The notes under the pieces are model-generated. The model worked only from the letters and a program-made list of their open reading frames with translations, was not told the DNA's origin and made no database searches. DNA of 34,973 bases from Sphingobacteriales bacterium (lineage in GTDB: Bacteria > Bacteroidota > Bacteroidia > Chitinophagales > JAYVJZ01), in assembly GCA_043768865.1 (NCBI GenBank), contig JAYVJZ010000156.1, forward strand, positions 1 through 34,973, in the 5' to 3' direction. This document shows, piece by piece, positions 26,862 through 34,973 of the stretch. Each line of letters opens with the position of its first letter. Position 1 is the stretch's first letter. Position numbers and translations under genes: made by a program.

Positions 26862-28463
26862 ATGAAAAAATTACTTTTACTATCTTCTGTACTTCTTATC
26901 TGCCTTGGTGTCAATGCCCAAAGTGTGATAAATGTGAGTGGTACAATTGCCGCGAGCACAACTTGGACTAGCAACAATCAGTATCTGTTGCAGGGTTTTG
27001 TATATGTGAAAGGCGGTGCTACGCTGACTATAGAGCCGGGGACGGTGATAAAGGGCGACAAGGCGACCGATGGCACGTTGATTATCACCCGTGGTTGTAA
27101 AATAATAGCGGATGGCACTGTTGCTAATCCTATTGTTTTTACGTCTAATGAGCCAATGGGGGAGCGTGGTTTAGCTGACTGGGGTGGGTTGATAATAGCA
27201 GGCAATGCTAAATGTAACATACCTGGCGGCGAGGGGTTGTTTGAGGGTGGGTTGCTTGACAATGCCGACGGCGACGGTCGTTTTGGTGGGTTGAATGACA
27301 ATGACAATTCGGGTATTTTGCGATATGTACGCATCGAATATGGCGGCACGGCGTATCAGCCTAACAACGAAGTGAATGGCTTGACGTTGGGATCGGTGGG
27401 CAGAAATACAATAATTGAGAATGTTCAAGTGAGCTTCTGTGGCGACGATGCGTTTGAGTTTTTTGGGGGTACTGTCAATGCTAAAAACCTTGTTTCGTAT
27501 CGTAATCTTGACGATGATTTCGATTGCGATTTTGGCTATAGGGGCAAGTTGCAGTTTGGTCTTGCTTATCGCGATAGTGCAATAGCAGATGGTGTTTCGG
27601 GGTCTAATGGTTTTGAAATAGACAACGATGCTGCAAGCACGGGCAATACGCCTTATACGTCGCCTGTGATTTCTAATTTTACAATAGTTGGGCCTAAGGC
27701 TACGCTTACCAATCCGATCAATACGAACTTCAAAAGAGGTGCTCATTTGAGAAGAAACTCACGTGCGCGCATCTATAATACGATGATTATTGGGTTTCCA
27801 AAAGGGCTGGTAGTAGATGGTGATAGCTGCCACGTAGCGGCTGCGGCGGGCAATTTAATATTTAAAAACAATATACTGTCGGGTATGGGTTCGAACCTAG
27901 ACTCTGTGGCGGGTACTTGGGCTATCTCTCCTTGGTTCAACGGTTCTAGCAATAGTATTTTTGCTAACAATACAACGCTGTTGTTGCAAGATGCATTCAA
28001 CTACGCAGCTCCTAACGCTACTCCGTTGTCTGGTTCGCCGGCACTATTGGGTGCTTCGTTTGCTGATGCAGACTTGGCTACAGGGTTTGATGTGGTTGCG
28101 TTCAAGGGTGCATTGGGGGCAACGAATTGGACGAGTGGTTGGACGAACTACAACCCTCAAAACACGGCTTATTCTTTAGTTGGCATCAATGATTTTGATA
28201 GTAATTTGAAATTAGAAGCGTACCCTAATCCTGCTCACAACCTACTAAATGTATCTATCAATTACCCTCAGTCTAGTGAGGTGAGCATAGCGTTGTATGA
28301 CGCTATAGGAGGCTTGGTAGCATCGCCTATAGTTACTGCTGTGTCAAGTTTTACAACTTCTGTTGAGTTGAATGTATCTAACTTGTCAGCGGGCTTGTAT
28401 TTTGTGCGTGTTGCAGATACGAATAACAACACGTTGAGCACGATGAAAGTCGTAAAAAAATAA
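26862..28463 (+). CDS. Secreted beta-helix-type protein with T9SS type-A sorting domain
   Basis: SPI-type signal (VNA/Q); LTIEPGTVIKG, PIVFTS, WGGLII, DNSGILRYVRIEYGG, NEVNGLTL, DDAFEFFGG, DDDFDCDFGY and SNGFEIDN motifs; C-terminal YPNPA...GLYFVRV...KVVK. Confidence 0.88.
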   Translation: MKKLLLLSSVLLICLGVNAQSVINVSGTIAASTTWTSNNQYLLQGFVYVKGGATLTIEPGTVIKGDKATDGTLIITRGCKIIADGTVANPIVFTSNEPMGERGLADWGGLIIAGNAKCNIPGGEGLFEGGLLDNADGDGRFGGLNDNDNSGILRYVRIEYGGTAYQPNNEVNGLTLGSVGRNTIIENVQVSFCGDDAFEFFGGTVNAKNLVSYRNLDDDFDCDFGYRGKLQFGLAYRDSAIADGVSGSNGFEIDNDAASTGNTPYTSPVISNFTIVGPKATLTNPINTNFKRGAHLRRNSRARIYNTMIIGFPKGLVVDGDSCHVAAAAGNLIFKNNILSGMGSNLDSVAGTWAISPWFNGSSNSIFANNTTLLLQDAFNYAAPNATPLSGSPALLGASFADADLATGFDVVAFKGALGATNWTSGWTNYNPQNTAYSLVGINDFDSNLKLEAYPNPAHNLLNVSINYPQSSEVSIALYDAIGGLVASPIVTAVSSFTTSVELNVSNLSAGLYFVRVADTNNNTLSTMKVVKK

Positions 28464-28489
28464 TAAAATCAATCCCATATTTCAATTGT

Positions 28490-28516
28490 ACACTGCCCGA
28501 GAGGGCAGTGTTTTTT
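28490..28516 (+). terminator. Intrinsic terminator
   Basis: ACACTGCCC-GAGA-GGGCAGTGT perfect stem with a GNRA loop, followed by a T run. Confidence 0.9.
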
Positions 28517-28541
28517 ATTGTAATTACTGTTCTATTTTATT

Positions 28542-28549
28542 TATATTTG
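28542..28549 (+). promoter_or_regulatory. -7 element for the Cys-rich small ORF/TBDR unit
   Basis: TATATTTG 22 nt upstream of the ATG at 28572, with TTG 21 nt further upstream. Confidence 0.65.
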
Positions 28550-28571
28550 CTTATAATATTTTCGATACGTT

Positions 28572-28982
28572 ATGTTCCAAAAGGTAAACAAAATCGGGTT
28601 GATAGTGATGTGTTGCATATCGATAATGTGCAGTTCTGACATACGTATATACACGCATTTGTGCAAACAAACTGCAACAACGCACCGCTCTCTTTTTTGT
28701 TTGAATAGCTGTTGTACAGATGTATGCAAGGACCAATCGGGGTTGTTAGGTGCGGTTGCAAGTTGCTGTAGCACAAGCTTAGAAGTGCTTCAATTAGATA
28801 CGTTTTATTATGAAAAAATAGAAGTGGGCTGTCAACGACCGCATCTTTTTTTTTTATTTAATAGCATCACTTATTGCGTCGTAGGGCTCAACAAAATTTT
28901 CTTAATTGGGGCTTGTTTTTTTAATGCGGCAGCGGTGCATGTAGTGCCTCTATTTATACGGTTACAGTTTTTGTTAATTTGA
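28572..28982 (+). CDS. Cys-rich small protein resembling the HYC_CC_PP family (leader-type ORF upstream of metal TBDRs)
   Basis: Hydrophobic N-terminus, then THLC, SCC...SCC and the C-terminal PLFIRLQFLLI. It has its own promoter and lies directly before a CC-motif TBDR. Confidence 0.7.
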   Translation: MFQKVNKIGLIVMCCISIMCSSDIRIYTHLCKQTATTHRSLFCLNSCCTDVCKDQSGLLGAVASCCSTSLEVLQLDTFYYEKIEVGCQRPHLFFLFNSITYCVVGLNKIFLIGACFFNAAAVHVVPLFIRLQFLLI

Positions 28983-29082
28983 TTAGCAAATGTTATTTTT
29001 TATTATATCATTGAAATCTGCAAGCCAAAAGGAGTGCAATTTTTTTGGTATTTTTTTAATGAATCAATTAACAAAAATCAAC

Positions 29083-31311
29083 ATGAACAAATATACCAAA
29101 CGGATTGATACAAAATGGCTTACGACTTGGTTTGCATATATAGTGCTATGCCTCACGTCCTTGGCTAGTAGTTATTGTCTTGCACAGCCTGTGGTCAAGG
29201 GGGTTGTGTATGACAAACAAAGCAAAGCCCCGATAGCATTTGCTAATGTGGTACTAAAACATACCGATAGGGGCACTCAAACAGACGTATCAGGGCAATT
29301 TCAATTAAACTGCCTCAGCAGCGACACGTTTCAGTTTGTGATTAGTTGTGTAGGGTATGAGGTGCAGACGTTTCAACTGAACAAAGCAAATGCCTATTAC
29401 TTGATGCCTCAAAAGCAAATGAAAGAGGTAATTATTACACATCGGCGCACGAGTAGTTATATAGTTGCTATAGCCCCTATCAAAACTCAAATGATTAGCC
29501 AACAAGATTTACAAAAATCGGCTTGTTGCAATCTAAGTGAAGCCTTTGAAACCAATGCAAGTGTTGATGTGATGGTCGGAGACGCATTGAGTGGTACGAA
29601 ACAGCTACGCATGATGGGTATAGACGGAGTTTATACGAGTATTTTATGCGAAAGTCAACCCATGATTTATAATCAAAATATCCCCTTTGGGTTGGATATA
29701 ATACCCGGCACGTGGTTGAAGTCTATTGCATTGAATAGTGGTATATCGAGTGCTATAACAGGGCATGAAAGCATGAGTGGCAACATCAATGTAGAATTTG
29801 AAAAGCCCAATAAAGGAGACTTGCTATTTGTAAATATTTTTGGAAATACGGTAGGTCGATTGGAAGCCAATGTACACAGTGCCGTGCAGTTCCGCAACAA
29901 CTGGAGCGGTGGGTTGTACCTTCATGCCAATCGCAATACATTGAAAGTAGATAACAATAACGATAACTTTTATGATCTGCCGATGCGTGAAGGTTTTGCA
30001 GTGATGAACAGATGGCAGCAAGACAATATAGACAACAAAACCAAGATAAGCCTTGCCCTATATCACGACCAAAAAATAGGAGGTGAAATAGAAGATAAAA
30101 CAAAGCAAGCAGGGTACAGATTGTTCAACGCCAACAACACAAACTCTCGGGCAGAAGTAAGGTTGGCACATGAGTGGCATAACGACAAACGCCCAAATCA
30201 CAATATGATGATTACGGCCAATTCATTTATACATCAACTGCAAAGCCAATATGGGTTAAAATTTTTTGAAGGCAGGGGCCTACATTTTAATTCTCAATTG
30301 TTCCGACAATCAACGCTCAAGGCAGGCGTTCACAACTTTAAATACAGCCTTTCGTATAGTTATGATTACACTCGCAATCAACTATACTATGACGCAACGC
30401 AACAGCCGACCACCAATCAAGGCGCAACGCAAGTAGAACCCGGTGCAGCCTTAGAATACACCTATACTCCAAACACAACATGGCAGCTGCTTTTGAGCCA
30501 ACGCATTGATTATAATCAAAACTTTGGATGGCAAGCCTCGCCTCGTTTGTTTTTTAAATATCGGTACGATGAGTATGCTACATTGCGTATCAATGCGGGA
30601 CGAGGCTACCGTATCGCACAGCCCTTCACTGATAATTATAATTGGATGGCCAACAACAGAACCTGGGCAATTACCCCTATGCTTACCCCTGAGGTAGCTT
30701 GGAATTATGGTATTAACCACACGACCGATTTTTTGTTGAAGCAACGCGAAGGGCACCTTTCGCTTGACGTGTATCACACTAGGTTTATAGAACAAATGCA
30801 AGTGAATTATGAAAATAAACAAGTGGTGAAAATAGAACAACTCAACGGCAGAAGCTACGCCACTATACTGCAAGCGGAAGCACAATGGTATGCAACTAAA
30901 AATATTGAAATAAAACTTGCCTACCGCAACAACATCGTAAAAACTACTTATAGCAACAACACATTTGTAGAAACTAAATATATGACACCACGTAGCAAAA
31001 CACTCATAAATGTAGCATATAGTTCAAGGTTTGACAAGTGGAAACTTACCGCCTCAGGCATACGCAACGGTCAGCAGCGCATGCCTGACGGCAGCTACTC
31101 TCCTGCCTTTTATAACGTATTGGCCCAAGCTACACGCAATTTTAAACAATTCAGCACCTATGTTGGAGTTGAAAATGCATTGAACTTCACACAAGCCAAT
31201 CCTATCGAAGCCGCCAACGACCCATATAGCGCTGCATTCAATGCGAGCGAGGTGTGGGGGCCTATACTTGGTCGTGTGGTTTATGTGGGAGTAAAATTTA
31301 AAATCAAATAA
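29083..31311 (+). CDS. TonB-dependent receptor, heavy-metal-associated type
   Basis: Signal peptide, CarboxypepD_reg domain, plug with LQKSACCNLSEAFETNASVDV, C-terminal VWGPILGRVVYVGVKFKIK. The ATG at 29083 is preferred for its A-rich context; 29059 and 28990 are alternatives. Confidence 0.9.
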   Translation: MNKYTKRIDTKWLTTWFAYIVLCLTSLASSYCLAQPVVKGVVYDKQSKAPIAFANVVLKHTDRGTQTDVSGQFQLNCLSSDTFQFVISCVGYEVQTFQLNKANAYYLMPQKQMKEVIITHRRTSSYIVAIAPIKTQMISQQDLQKSACCNLSEAFETNASVDVMVGDALSGTKQLRMMGIDGVYTSILCESQPMIYNQNIPFGLDIIPGTWLKSIALNSGISSAITGHESMSGNINVEFEKPNKGDLLFVNIFGNTVGRLEANVHSAVQFRNNWSGGLYLHANRNTLKVDNNNDNFYDLPMREGFAVMNRWQQDNIDNKTKISLALYHDQKIGGEIEDKTKQAGYRLFNANNTNSRAEVRLAHEWHNDKRPNHNMMITANSFIHQLQSQYGLKFFEGRGLHFNSQLFRQSTLKAGVHNFKYSLSYSYDYTRNQLYYDATQQPTTNQGATQVEPGAALEYTYTPNTTWQLLLSQRIDYNQNFGWQASPRLFFKYRYDEYATLRINAGRGYRIAQPFTDNYNWMANNRTWAITPMLTPEVAWNYGINHTTDFLLKQREGHLSLDVYHTRFIEQMQVNYENKQVVKIEQLNGRSYATILQAEAQWYATKNIEIKLAYRNNIVKTTYSNNTFVETKYMTPRSKTLINVAYSSRFDKWKLTASGIRNGQQRMPDGSYSPAFYNVLAQATRNFKQFSTYVGVENALNFTQANPIEAANDPYSAAFNASEVWGPILGRVVYVGVKFKIK

Positions 31312-31368
31312 TCAACGTTACACCTAGGTTGTTTTAGCTAGATTGTTATAACAAAAAAATACCTGTTC

Positions 31369-32460
31369 TTATGAAGCTAACGTAGTTATAATAGCTGCTG
31401 CTCTTTGGACAGTTGAACCGTTGCCTAACAGGGCATACAGCTCTTTGTAGGCAGTCGTTTGAGAGGTCGCGTCATGTAGCAATTCATTTATTTTTTGACT
31501 AATAATAGGCACCGTACAATCCTCTTGTATAAGCTCAGGCACTACCGACCTATCTAGTATCAAATTAACCAAAGAGATGTATTTGATGCGAGAGCCCACC
31601 CACTTGCGAGCCAGCCAAACGCTTATAGGGTGTGCTTTATAAACAACTATTTGAGGCGTGCCAATCAAGGCAGTCTCTAAAGTAGCTGTACCCGAGGCTA
31701 CGACCGCAAGGTCGGCAGCAGCTATAGTAGCATAGGTGGCGTCTTTGATAATACTACAATTCGACAATTGTACAGCCGCACTCAGCCAAGCATCTTGTGT
31801 GTTTGGGGCTTGTGCTACTACAAAGCGGTGTTCGGGGTGATGCGATGCTACTGCTAATAGCACAGGTAATATTTTATCGATTTCTTGCTTGCGACTGCCC
31901 GGTAGCAGGGCAATAGTTTTTTGTGATTTTGAACTAGGACAATGCAGTAGATTTTGAGCCCTGACATATTCAAGTAACGGGTGTCCCACATACGTAACAT
32001 CGACACCGTACTTTTTATAAAAAGCCTCCTCAAACGGAAGTACAACGAGTATTTTGTTACAATATTTTTTGAGTTGATGCACACGATGGCTCTTCCAGGC
32101 CCACACTTGAGGGGCGATATAATAGACTACTTTTATTTTATTTTTATATAACCATTTAGCAATAGGCAAGTTAAACCCCGGGTAATCGATTAGAATTACT
32201 ACATCGGGCAACGCTGTGCTAAGGTGTTTTTTGCACAAGCTAAAATTTCTAAATATAGTAGGTAGATTTTTGATTACTTCAACAAAACCCATAAAAGCAA
32301 GATCACGGTAATGTTTGTGAACGACAGCACCGGCAGCTTGCATAAGGTCGCCACCCCACGCATCTATATGTGCGCCAGGCGACGTCAGTCTAAGGGCTTG
32401 TATTAAGGTGCTACCATGCAAATCGCCACTTGCCTCCCCTGCTATTATAAAATATTTCAC
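31369..32460 (-). CDS. lpxB: Lipid-A-disaccharide synthase
   Basis: KYFIIAGEASGDLHG, IDYPGFN, YYIAPQVWAW, YVGHPL, LLPGSR and SGTATLE motifs. The GTG start at 32460 is preferred over the ATG at 32511. Confidence 0.96.
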   Translation of the reverse strand: MKYFIIAGEASGDLHGSTLIQALRLTSPGAHIDAWGGDLMQAAGAVVHKHYRDLAFMGFVEVIKNLPTIFRNFSLCKKHLSTALPDVVILIDYPGFNLPIAKWLYKNKIKVVYYIAPQVWAWKSHRVHQLKKYCNKILVVLPFEEAFYKKYGVDVTYVGHPLLEYVRAQNLLHCPSSKSQKTIALLPGSRKQEIDKILPVLLAVASHHPEHRFVVAQAPNTQDAWLSAAVQLSNCSIIKDATYATIAAADLAVVASGTATLETALIGTPQIVVYKAHPISVWLARKWVGSRIKYISLVNLILDRSVVPELIQEDCTVPIISQKINELLHDATSQTTAYKELYALLGNGSTVQRAAAIITTLAS

Positions 32461-32484
32461 GTTGTATAAGGTACTAGTACGGCT

Positions 32485-32492
32485 CAAATGTA
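32485..32492 (-). promoter_or_regulatory. -7 element for lpxB
   Basis: CAAATGTA on + equals TACATTTG on -. It lies downstream of the ATG at 32511, which supports the GTG start. Confidence 0.6.
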
Positions 32493-32591
32493 ACAAACAG
32501 AATCGTAACATTGAACATAAAATTGCAATTATTTGATTATAATTTCAAATAATTGCAATAACTAAATGGTTTGTAAGCTAATTGTAAACGC

Positions 32592-33401
32592 TTAATTCAC
32601 TTTTTTACGGTCGAGCCAAGCGTCGCTAAAGAATTGGCACTCGTCGGTTGTAGAGCCTTGATTGCTGCGCTTGCTCAATATTATGCGTTGATTATCATCG
32701 CTAACACCGATAGTAAGTTCAGTATTATCATAAACAAAAAGGAAATTTTTAATTTTGATTTTTGAACCGCCTTCCAATTCAAAATACGTCTCGCTATTCA
32801 ATAACAATGAGGCTCCGCCTTCTATGTCAATCTTACAATTGGTAGCAGTGTTGATAGAAACATACTTGAAATTCAAGGTGTTTTCAACGATTTTAACGAT
32901 TTCAAAAGATGAAAAAACTGTACTAGATGAAATTTCGTAATACCCGTTAGGTGATTTGTATGTTGCCGGACGGGTGGGTTTGGGAGCACTAATATTCGTC
33001 TCATTACGCATACGCAACGCAGCTGCTGTGATCGACTCATCGGTTGTACTATTAATTACCTCAATAGAAACTCCCGTAGTACCACTGCCTAAAATACCCA
33101 GCTCTTGGCCTGCTTTTTTAGATAAATCAATAATGCGACCTTTAACATAAGGCCCCCGGTCGTTGATGCGGACAATAATAAAATGACCATTGTCCTTGCG
33201 AGTTACTTTTACTATCGAGTTGAAGGGTAAAGATTTATGAGCCGCTGACATCTTGCGTTGATCGAACTTCTCACCGTTAGCCGTAGTGCGACCATGAAAC
33301 ATATCATGATAGTAAGAGGCTACTCCCTGTTCAGTATAAGCTCCCGCGCTTAGAATGTTTCCAAGCACTAGGGCAATTAAAATGAAAGATTTGTGTAACA
33401 T
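32592..33401 (-). CDS. rlpA: RlpA-family (double-psi beta-barrel) lytic transglycosylase-like protein with unrecognised C-terminal domain
   Basis: GVASYY..FHGRTTANGE...SAAHKSLPF...VRINDRGPY..GRIIDLS. Signal peptide runs from Met at 33401; the ORF-track start at 33437 is an alternative. Confidence 0.88.
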   Translation of the reverse strand: MLHKSFILIALVLGNILSAGAYTEQGVASYYHDMFHGRTTANGEKFDQRKMSAAHKSLPFNSIVKVTRKDNGHFIIVRINDRGPYVKGRIIDLSKKAGQELGILGSGTTGVSIEVINSTTDESITAAALRMRNETNISAPKPTRPATYKSPNGYYEISSSTVFSSFEIVKIVENTLNFKYVSINTATNCKIDIEGGASLLLNSETYFELEGGSKIKIKNFLFVYDNTELTIGVSDDNQRIILSKRSNQGSTTDECQFFSDAWLDRKKVN

Positions 33402-33513
33402 ACTTTTAAAAGGATTTTTAATAAAAAAATAAAACATTGGACAAATAATACTTAATTCAAAATTTAACGGGTTTTGGGTTCAATAGGTACTTACTTTTGT
33501 TATGCTCTTATTT

Positions 33514-33521
33514 CAAAGGTA
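33514..33521 (-). promoter_or_regulatory. Possible -7 element for rlpA
   Basis: CAAAGGTA on + equals TACCTTTG on -; a single motif in AT-rich DNA, so it could be chance. Confidence 0.45.
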
Positions 33522-34364
33522 TAAAAGGTTATTGAAGCTACCCTCATTTTTGAATTAGAAGAATATTAATTAGAAAATTGTAATATGTTCTAATATGTCA
33601 TGCGTTATTGAGGGAAGTAGTAGGGTTTTTGGTATTATATTGTTGCTAATCATATACTTATACATTTTAATTTATCTGCTTTTTATAAACTCAAATACCA
33701 CTTTTAATTCGTCAGAACGGGTTGGTTATGGCATTAGAATTTACTTAGACAAAGCCATAATAGCGAACGAAGTTGAAACATTACGATAGTGCAGCATTTC
33801 ACTTTTAGGGTTGCTGCAACTCGCAGAGGGAGAAATTAAACGCTCTTTTAATGGCTCATCACTGCCTATGTTTCATTGCTATTGTTCAGTTTTGACTTTT
33901 CATAACGGCATCAACGTTGAAGGCATAATCATGATATTTATTACGCTTTACTATTAGGTCGATGATTAGACTACGCAACTCTAAAGCCGAACAACGAGCA
34001 AATCAAAGTAGTTCAAAAGTCAAGTCAATTGATTGGTTTGAGTAATCTATCGATATGAATTATGCGAAAATAAATTTTAAAAAAGCACAAGAAATATGAG
34101 AAAATAAAGATTGGGTTAGTATAGAACCTGCTCTTTATGCAGTACATATTGTGTGCCGTGATTTTGTATAATTTTGAAGTGTATATAAACAAGCATTTGC
34201 TGTAATAGGGGCAATATCTTAACCATCACGCCTCGTGCTTACAATTATACAACCATTGATTTGTATAGCTATTTGAAATAAATACGAGCCCTTTGTGTAT
34301 TATAGCAAGCTCTTGAGTAGAAGTCAAGCGATGCCTCCCAATGTTTTGAGGCAATAACAAAGGG

Positions 34365-34973
34365 CTACGGCGATATTTCAGGCTGTAGCATTTCTGCTAA
34401 ACGGTGCATATTCAAATCCCAATCTATTTCGGCTTTGTCGGTGCCTTGGCGTATGATAATTATCTTTTTTTCGGGATGTATGTACAACACTTGCCCTCTC
34501 AAGCCCTGGGCTATGAGGTCTTTTGCTTTTTTGCTGCCACCATCTGTTTTGCGAGTGAGGTGCCACCACCCTAGAGCATATTTGAAATATTTACCCGCTT
34601 TTTGTTCTCGACTGAAGCACTCATCTACCCAATATTTATTGACTAGTTGCTCGCCGTTCCAAGTGCCTCGGTCTATCATGAGTTTGCCAAATTTTGCTAA
34701 ATCGATAGAGCGAAGGTTGAGTCCACCAAACATCTTAGCCCTACCTAGGTACCTGTCTGTGCTCCAGGAGGCGTCGAACTCCATGCCCATTTTTTGCCAT
34801 AGTTTTTGTTCTAATAGTGTGCTTATGCTTTGGCGTGTAGCTTTTTCGAGGCAATAGCCGAGCACTTGTGTGTCAAATGATTTGTAGATAAACTCTGAAC
34901 CGGGAGCGAATTTCATATTCATTCGTTTGATATAATCGTCTAGGTTGTTTTCGTAATACATACGTATGATTTT
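34365..34973 (-). CDS. Serine hydrolase (class C beta-lactamase-like fold), C-terminal part; 5' end outside the window
   Basis: Frame is open to the window edge (KIIRMYY...); PGSEFIYKS.DTQVLG, LWQKMGM, DLAKFG, G.WNGEQLV, Y..GWW and AQGLRGQ...P motifs. Confidence 0.88.
   Translation of the reverse strand, partial: KIIRMYYENNLDDYIKRMNMKFAPGSEFIYKSFDTQVLGYCLEKATRQSISTLLEQKLWQKMGMEFDASWSTDRYLGRAKMFGGLNLRSIDLAKFGKLMIDRGTWNGEQLVNKYWVDECFSREQKAGKYFKYALGWWHLTRKTDGGSKKAKDLIAQGLRGQVLYIHPEKKIIIIRQGTDKAEIDWDLNMHRLAEMLQPEISP

Noticed and set aside
33605-33870. SAM, glycine or lysine riboswitch-like words (TTATTGAGGGAAG, GCAGAGGGAGA)
   Set aside because: The remaining conserved cores are missing, and no same-strand metabolic gene lies downstream.
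34365-34973. Antibiotic-resistance beta-lactamase
   Set aside because: Only the C-terminal part is visible, and the motifs (YxS, AQG) fit the broad esterase/amidase-like serine hydrolase group.

Overview
AT-rich Bacteroidota chromosomal window, judged from T9SS C-terminal domains, TonB-dependent receptors and TAnnTTTG promoters. From left to right it holds: the 3' part of a giant Ig-repeat T9SS type-B surface protein, hscB, tRNA-Leu(CAA), ffh, a 7-PAS cytoplasmic hybrid kinase, a CarboxypepD_reg-like protein, an FG-GAP T9SS protein, DUF3109, a stand-alone BLUF photoreceptor, metG, an orphan OmpR/PhoB-type regulator divergent from a TBDR and a T9SS beta-helix protein, a Cys-rich leader-type ORF plus a metal-type TBDR, lpxB, an RlpA-domain protein and a truncated serine hydrolase. 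No transposase, integrase, CRISPR array or rRNA was seen. Five observations stand out. (1) Two oppositely oriented copies of a covarying structured non-coding element (Flavo-1-like). (2) A roughly 2 kb zone of strand-specific G/T enrichment around each copy, with polarity following element orientation. (3) A two-disulfide Kazal-like knob inserted into a loop of one Ig repeat of the giant protein. (4) Arrays of 11-bp-phased boxes at the same distance from three promoters. (5) A self-overlapping bidirectional promoter. All family assignments come from motif recognition by eye, and all counts were done by hand.
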